From Gammaproteobacteria bacterium Gsub (GTDB lineage: Bacteria > Pseudomonadota > Gammaproteobacteria > PS1 > Pseudothioglobaceae): 64,000 nt of DNA. This document shows positions 59,338-64,000 of the stretch, piece by piece. The first letter of the stretch is position 1. The number at the start of each line of letters is the position of its first letter. The notes under the pieces were generated by a model that ran no database searches, was not told the origin of the DNA, and saw only the letters and a list, made by a program, of their open reading frames with translations. The position numbers and the translations under genes were made by a program. The stretch spans positions 6,009 through 70,008 of the forward strand of contig JYIN01000013.1 of NCBI GenBank assembly GCA_002007405.1. The letters are read 5' to 3'.

Positions 59338-59883
59338 TTATTTCTTCTTGGCTTCTTTACGCGCTACGAATTCATCTGCATAACGCACACCTTTGCCTTT
59401 ATAAGGCTCTGGCACACGATAGGCTCTAATTTCAGCAGCTGCCTGCCCAACTTTTTGTTTGTCCATACCTTTAATAATAATTTCTGTAGATGATGGCGTT
59501 TCAGCGTTAATACCTACTGGCAAATTATATTTAACGGGATAGGAAAAACCCAAAGTTAAATCTAGTATCTTGCCCATAGCTTTTGCACGGTAACCAACGC
59601 CAATCAAGGTGAGTCTCTTTTCCCAGCCCGCAGACACGCCTTGGATCAAATTTGCAGTGTTAGCCCTCGCAGTGCCTGCTTGTGCCCAGGCTTGCTTTAC
59701 CTCTTCTTTGTTGGTTGTAGTAATAGCAAAAGTCAGCACATTGTCCGTATTATTCACCGCTACTAAGGGATGTAAATTCATCTGCATTTGACCCAATTTA
59801 CCTTTAGCAGATATCAATGTGCCAACTATTGAAACCTCAACGCCAGCCGGAATGCTAATGGGTGTTTTTGCAATTCTACTCAT
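59338..59883 (-). CDS. rplF: 50S ribosomal protein L6
   Basis: [17 protein letters not shown]...GVGYRA...[11 protein letters not shown] matches L6. Confidence 0.95.
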   Translation of the reverse strand: MSRIAKTPISIPAGVEVSIVGTLISAKGKLGQMQMNLHPLVAVNNTDNVLTFAITTTNKEEVKQAWAQAGTARANTANLIQGVSAGWEKRLTLIGVGYRAKAMGKILDLTLGFSYPVKYNLPVGINAETPSSTEIIIKGMDKQKVGQAAAEIRAYRVPEPYKGKGVRYADEFVARKEAKKK

Positions 59884-59895
59884 CTCATTACCTCT

Positions 59896-60291
59896 TTAAA
59901 AAACACTACACAAAACTTCACCACCTATATTTTGTGCGGCTGCATCCTGCCCAGTCATCACTCCTTTGGGTGTTGAAATAATAACAATACCTAAACCATT
60001 CATAATGCGTGGCATTTGGGTGCTGGCAACATAAACCCTTAAACTGGGCTTTGAAATTCTTTGTAAAGACTCAATAACTGGCTGATTGTCATAATATTTC
60101 AGTTTTATGTTTATGGTTTTGTTAGCAGATTCACCCATAACGCTAAACGAATCAATATAACCTTCTTGCTGCATAACACTAGCGATAGCAGATTTTAGAT
60201 TGGATGCTGGAATATTAACTTGTTTTTTTTCAACCATATGGGCATTGCGAATACGAACTAACATATCGGCAATTGGGTCTGACATACTCAT
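59896..60291 (-). CDS. rpsH: 30S ribosomal protein S8
   Basis: [13 protein letters not shown]...GGEVLCSVF matches S8. Confidence 0.95.
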   Translation of the reverse strand: MSMSDPIADMLVRIRNAHMVEKKQVNIPASNLKSAIASVMQQEGYIDSFSVMGESANKTINIKLKYYDNQPVIESLQRISKPSLRVYVASTQMPRIMNGLGIVIISTPKGVMTGQDAAAQNIGGEVLCSVF

Positions 60292-60306
60292 ATTATTTCC
60301 TCCCTT

Positions 60307-60612
60307 TTACCAGCTTGCTTTAGATAAACCCGGCACTTCGCCGTTCATGGCCCGTTCTCTGAGTTTGATTCTACCCAAGCCAAATTTTCGGTAAAAACCA
60401 TGCGGACGACCAGTTAAACCACAACGACCACGCTGCCGTGTCGGTGAAGCATTACGAGGCAGCGCTTGTAATTGAATACTTGCTTGAAAACGCTCTTCGT
60501 CAGAAGAATTTACACTTTTAATAATCTTTTTTAATGCAAGTCGCTTTGTGCGGTATTTTGCAACCGTTTTTGTGCGTTTTAGATCTCTATTTATCATCGA
60601 CTTTTTAGCCAT
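60307..60612 (-). CDS. rpsN: 30S ribosomal protein S14 (long, non-zinc type)
   Basis: [13 protein letters not shown]...[36 protein letters not shown]...W matches S14. Confidence 0.95.
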   Translation of the reverse strand: MAKKSMINRDLKRTKTVAKYRTKRLALKKIIKSVNSSDEERFQASIQLQALPRNASPTRQRGRCGLTGRPHGFYRKFGLGRIKLRERAMNGEVPGLSKASW

Positions 60613-60616
60613 TTTC

Positions 60617-61156
60617 TTATCCTTTAAATGGGAATTTAAACATTGTTAGTAGTTTTTTAGCGCTATCATCACTTTGGGTGCTGGTGATGATAGCAATATC
60701 CATACCGCGTACTCGTGTTACTTTTTCAAAATCAATCTCAGGAAATACAATTTGCTCATTCAAACCCATGTTGTAATTGCCACGACCATCAAAAGATTTT
60801 TCATTAAGACCACGAAAATCACGAACCCGAGGAATGGCAATATTCACAAGACGGTCAAGAAACTCATACATTTTTTCTCTACGCAAGGTAACTTTACAAC
60901 CAATTGGATTGCCTTCTCTAATTTTAAAACTTGCCACTGATTTACGAGCATTACAAGTGATAGGCTTTTGCCCAGCAATCAGGCTCATCTCCTCCAAAGC
61001 ACTTTGCAAGACTTTTTTGTCACCCAAAGTAGTACCCAGCCCCATATTGATAGTAATTTTTTCAATTTTAGGCACTGCCATTGGATTTTTTAAACCCAAG
61101 GTTTTTTGCAAAGCAGGCAAAATTTCATTTTTATATTGTTGCTGTAATCTAGACAC
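60617..61156 (-). CDS. rplE: 50S ribosomal protein L5
   Basis: [14 protein letters not shown]...[10 protein letters not shown]...[11 protein letters not shown] matches L5. Confidence 0.95.
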   Translation of the reverse strand: MSRLQQQYKNEILPALQKTLGLKNPMAVPKIEKITINMGLGTTLGDKKVLQSALEEMSLIAGQKPITCNARKSVASFKIREGNPIGCKVTLRREKMYEFLDRLVNIAIPRVRDFRGLNEKSFDGRGNYNMGLNEQIVFPEIDFEKVTRVRGMDIAIITSTQSDDSAKKLLTMFKFPFKG

Positions 61157-61179
61157 TATACTTCTACTTCCCTATTATT

Positions 61180-61491
61180 TTAGGCAATTGAATCACCATT
61201 TGACTTAAAAAATCTTTCCTTATTGCCTTTATCATCAGTACGAAAACCAACTTTATCAGCTTTTTCTGTGGCTGGATTATAAAGCGCTACATTTGAAATT
61301 GCCATTGGCATTTCAATATCCACAATACCGCCAGCTACACCCGCATTTGGATTGGGTTTTACATGTTTTTTAACCATATTAAATCCCTCAACCACAACTT
61401 TAGTGGCTAATATTTTGGTTATTGTGCCAGTCGACCCCCTGTCCTTACCAGCGATTATAATCACCTCATCACCCAGTTTAATTTTATTCAT
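61180..61491 (-). CDS. rplX: 50S ribosomal protein L24
   Basis: [23 protein letters not shown] motif; position after rplN. Confidence 0.95.
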   Translation of the reverse strand: MNKIKLGDEVIIIAGKDRGSTGTITKILATKVVVEGFNMVKKHVKPNPNAGVAGGIVDIEMPMAISNVALYNPATEKADKVGFRTDDKGNKERFFKSNGDSIA

Positions 61492-61856
61492 AACACCTCC
61501 GGGGCAAGGGAGACAATTTTCATAAACTGTGCGCCACGCAATTCACGGGTAACAGGACCAAAAATACGGGTTCCAACTGGCTCAAGCTTGCTACTCAAAA
61601 GTACCACCGCATTACTATCAAAACGAATACGCGAACCATCGGAGCGACGAACGCCTTGCGCACTACGCACCACAACCGCATCATAAACATCGCCTTTTTT
61701 TACCTTTCCGCGTGGCGAGGCTTCTTTAATGCTGACTTTAACCACATCACCAATGTTGGCATAACGACGCTTAGAGCCGCCCAACACTTTAATACACATT
61801 GCTTTAATGCCACCACTATTATCAGCAATATGAAGTTTTGTTTGCATTTGAATCAT
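61488..61856 (-). CDS. rplN: 50S ribosomal protein L14 (start at ATG 61854-61856, 122 aa)
   Basis: [28 protein letters not shown] matches L14 N-terminus; longer ORF adds 18 non-conserved residues. Confidence 0.95.
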   Translation of the reverse strand: MIQMQTKLHIADNSGGIKAMCIKVLGGSKRRYANIGDVVKVSIKEASPRGKVKKGDVYDAVVVRSAQGVRRSDGSRIRFDSNAVVLLSSKLEPVGTRIFGPVTRELRGAQFMKIVSLAPEVL

Positions 61857-61884
61857 TTTTTTACTCTCTTTAAACTGGGGAAAA

Positions 61885-62163
61885 TTAACCAATCGCAACT
61901 GATTTTTCAACCACCTCTAACAACCCCCAATGTTTGGTTTTTGAAAATGGCTTCGCCTCTACTATCCTAACGGTATCACCCAAACCACATTCGTTATTTT
62001 CATCATGTGCATGAATTTTGGTACTGCGTTTGATATACTTCTTGTAAATCGGGTGTCTAACTTTGCGTTCAATCAAAACTGCAATACTTTTATCACGGCT
62101 ATTGCTAATCACTTTGCCGGTTAATATACGCTCTACTTTTGCTTGTTGTGCGACTTTTTTCAT
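61885..62163 (-). CDS. rpsQ: 30S ribosomal protein S17
   Basis: [42 protein letters not shown] matches S17. Confidence 0.95.
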   Translation of the reverse strand: MKKVAQQAKVERILTGKVISNSRDKSIAVLIERKVRHPIYKKYIKRSTKIHAHDENNECGLGDTVRIVEAKPFSKTKHWGLLEVVEKSVAIG

Positions 62164-62348
62164 GTTTGTTTCTCAATTATAATGGTTTTGACCTGGGCGA
62201 TTGAGCGTCTGACTTTCCCCAATTTTGAAGAATCAGACAGTTGTGCACTTTTGTGCTGCATACGCAATTCAAAGTGTTGTTTTAAAAGCTGTGTCAAAGT
62301 ATCGTCTAATTTGTCCATATCTTGTGCTCTTAATTCTTTAATATCCAT
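62160..62348 (-). CDS. rpmC: 50S ribosomal protein L29
   Basis: 62 aa, [11 protein letters not shown]...[11 protein letters not shown] pattern; between rplP and rpsQ. Confidence 0.93.
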   Translation of the reverse strand: MDIKELRAQDMDKLDDTLTQLLKQHFELRMQHKSAQLSDSSKLGKVRRSIAQVKTIIIEKQT

Positions 62349-62759
62349 CTACATCACCGCCCGTTTAATAATTATGGTTTTAACCGGCAATTTAGCCGTT
62401 GCTAACTGGAATGCCTCCCTTGCAACAGTCTCCTCAACGCCTTGCATCTCAAACAGCATTTGCCCCGGCTTAATTTGTGCCACCCAATATTCAACAGCGC
62501 CCTTACCTTTCCCCATCCGCACTTCTAAAGGCTTTTTGGTAATTGGCTTATCTGGGAATATACGAATCCAAATTTTGCCCTGGCGTTTTACATGGCGCGT
62601 CATTGCGCGACGCGCTGATTCGATTTGTCTAGCACTTATGCGGCACCTGCCAATTGCTTGCAAACCGATTTCACCAAAACTGACTTTATGGGCAATCGCT
62701 AAACCACGATTACGACTTTTCATCATTTTTCTGTATTTTGTGCGTTTGGGTTGTAACAT
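62349..62759 (-). CDS. rplP: 50S ribosomal protein L16
   Basis: [21 protein letters not shown]... matches L16. Confidence 0.95.
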   Translation of the reverse strand: MLQPKRTKYRKMMKSRNRGLAIAHKVSFGEIGLQAIGRCRISARQIESARRAMTRHVKRQGKIWIRIFPDKPITKKPLEVRMGKGKGAVEYWVAQIKPGQMLFEMQGVEETVAREAFQLATAKLPVKTIIIKRAVM

Positions 62760-62770
62760 AGTTTGATTCT

Positions 62771-63463
62771 CTATTTCTTCTTGCTCTGAGTGGTTGTAGT
62801 GCGGCGAACAACCTCATCTAATGTGCCTTTTCTGTGGTCTAAAATTTCACCTTTGAAAATCCAAACTTTAATGCCAATCACCCCATATTGAGTATTTGCA
62901 CTATAAGTAGAATAATCCACATCTGCTCTAAAAGTGTGTAATGGCACACGACCTTCACGATACCACTCACAGCGAGCAATCTCAGCGCCATTCAAGCGAC
63001 CACTCACCATAACTTTAATACCTTGGGCACCAAGACGCGTTGCATTGCCCAAAACCCGCTTTACCGCACGCCGATACATCACTCGCTTTTCCAATTGTTG
63101 GGCAATATTTTCTGCCACCAAACGCGCATCAAGTTCAGGTTTTTTGATTTCTTCAATGCTAATGTGTGCTGGAATGCCCATCATTTTAGCCACAATATTT
63201 TTTAACTGTTCAATATCAGCGCCTTTCTTACCAATCACAATACCTGGGCGTGCGGTATGAATAACCACTTTGGCATTATCTGCCAAACGCTCAATTTGAA
63301 TGCGGCTCACAGAGGCGGATTTGAGTTTCTCAAAAAGATAGTCTCTCACCTCAATATCAGATAATAAATATTTAGAATAATTTTCAGAACTGGCATACCA
63401 TTTGGAGTCCCAATCTTTGACAACACCCAGTCTGATACCTTTTGGATTTACTTTTTGCCCCAT
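62771..63463 (-). CDS. rpsC: 30S ribosomal protein S3
   Basis: [24 protein letters not shown]... matches S3. Confidence 0.95.
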   Translation of the reverse strand: MGQKVNPKGIRLGVVKDWDSKWYASSENYSKYLLSDIEVRDYLFEKLKSASVSRIQIERLADNAKVVIHTARPGIVIGKKGADIEQLKNIVAKMMGIPAHISIEEIKKPELDARLVAENIAQQLEKRVMYRRAVKRVLGNATRLGAQGIKVMVSGRLNGAEIARCEWYREGRVPLHTFRADVDYSTYSANTQYGVIGIKVWIFKGEILDHRKGTLDEVVRRTTTTQSKKK

Positions 63464-63469
63464 GCTAAC

Positions 63470-63802
63470 CTACTTACTTACGCCAACTGTGATGTGGCTT
63501 GTTCTTTTTAAAATTCTATTCGCTCTGCCTTTTGCTCTAGGGCGAATTCTTTTTAGGGTTGAGCCTTCATCAATGTAAATACTGCTTACCCGCAATTCAT
63601 CAATATCCAATCCATCATTATGTTCAGCATTTGAAATCGCTGAATTGAGGACTTTTTTCACCAAAACGGCTGCTTTTTTATTGCTAAACGATAAAATATT
63701 CAATGCCTCTTCAACTGATTTAAGGCGAATTTGGTCTGCCACCAATCTCGCTTTAAAAGCTGAGGTTCTTGCATATCTTTGAATTGCTTTAACTTCTTTC
63801 AT
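63470..63802 (-). CDS. rplV: 50S ribosomal protein L22
   Basis: [15 protein letters not shown]...AISNAEHN...[22 protein letters not shown] matches L22. Confidence 0.95.
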   Translation of the reverse strand: MKEVKAIQRYARTSAFKARLVADQIRLKSVEEALNILSFSNKKAAVLVKKVLNSAISNAEHNDGLDIDELRVSSIYIDEGSTLKRIRPRAKGRANRILKRTSHITVGVSK

Positions 63803-63818
63803 TTTTTTAATCTATTTT

Positions 63819-64000
63819 TTATGTTGATGCCTTGCGGTCGCCAGAATGCACTTTGAAAGTTCTAGTGGGTGCAAACTCGCCCAATTTATGCCCAATCATA
63901 TTCTCATTAATAGAGACTGGAACATGTGCTCTGCCATTATGAATGGTAATGGTCAGTCCAATCATCTCTGGCACAATAACTGAGCGGCGTGACCAAGTTT
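63819..64000 (-). CDS. rpsS: 30S ribosomal protein S19, 3' part only (5' end beyond window)
   Basis: Minus-strand translation ...[59 protein letters not shown]; not in ORF track because no start in window. Confidence 0.9.
   Translation of the reverse strand, partial: TWSRRSVIVPEMIGLTITIHNGRAHVPVSINENMIGHKLGEFAPTRTFKVHSGDRKAST

Overview
This is an AT-rich (about one-third G+C by eye), densely packed core-genome segment of a gammaproteobacterium. By inference only, gene order and composition suggest a small or reduced genome such as a SUP05/Thioglobus-type or clam-symbiont-type sulfur oxidiser. Content from left to right:

- LPS-core genes
- a yihY-like gene overlapping the ribE-ribBA-ribH-nusB operon
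- crcB, rarA, apbE
- mltB, ruvX, pyrB, ygfB
- an MFS transporter, nudE, a micro-lipoprotein and lysA
- yhbY, lpxB, nadC, cysQ, gshB
- the classic metY(tRNA-fMet)-rimP-nusA-infB-rbfA-truB operon
- a small accessory-looking islet (about 25.8-29.5 kb) holding two orphan ORFs or gene relics, a compositionally distinct porin and a motif-rich spacer
- znuC, dapD, ubiA, rluC, tatD, rsmG, mnmG
- lon, hflX, clpX, clpP, tig
- cytochromes c4 and c5, engB, an AddB-like nuclease, cca, msrB, mpl
- the rpsU/yqeY pair
- the S10(3' part)-spc-alpha ribosomal protein operons, ending in a partial rpsS at the window edge

I saw no rRNA, CRISPR array, IS element, integrase or recognisable defence/secretion cluster, and I cannot support a complete novel multi-gene system here. 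The observations most worth follow-up:

1. An rpmD (L30) gene with an approximately 80-aa Lys/Ala/Thr-rich repeat extension.
2. An orphan ORF translationally coupled to truB where rpsO-pnp normally sit.
3. An adjacent gene that reads through three frames and has papain-like Cys/His motifs.
4. A cluster of TTTGCAAA palindromes upstream of the porin.
5. A stand-alone 73-aa membrane protein.
6. A DNA methyltransferase relic.
7. Divergent apbE/mltB genes whose start codons overlap in CATG.

Three small genes missing from the ORF track were added by eye: rpmJ, an LptM/LppL-like lipoprotein, and partial rpsS. All homology calls come from reading the translations. No database search was run.
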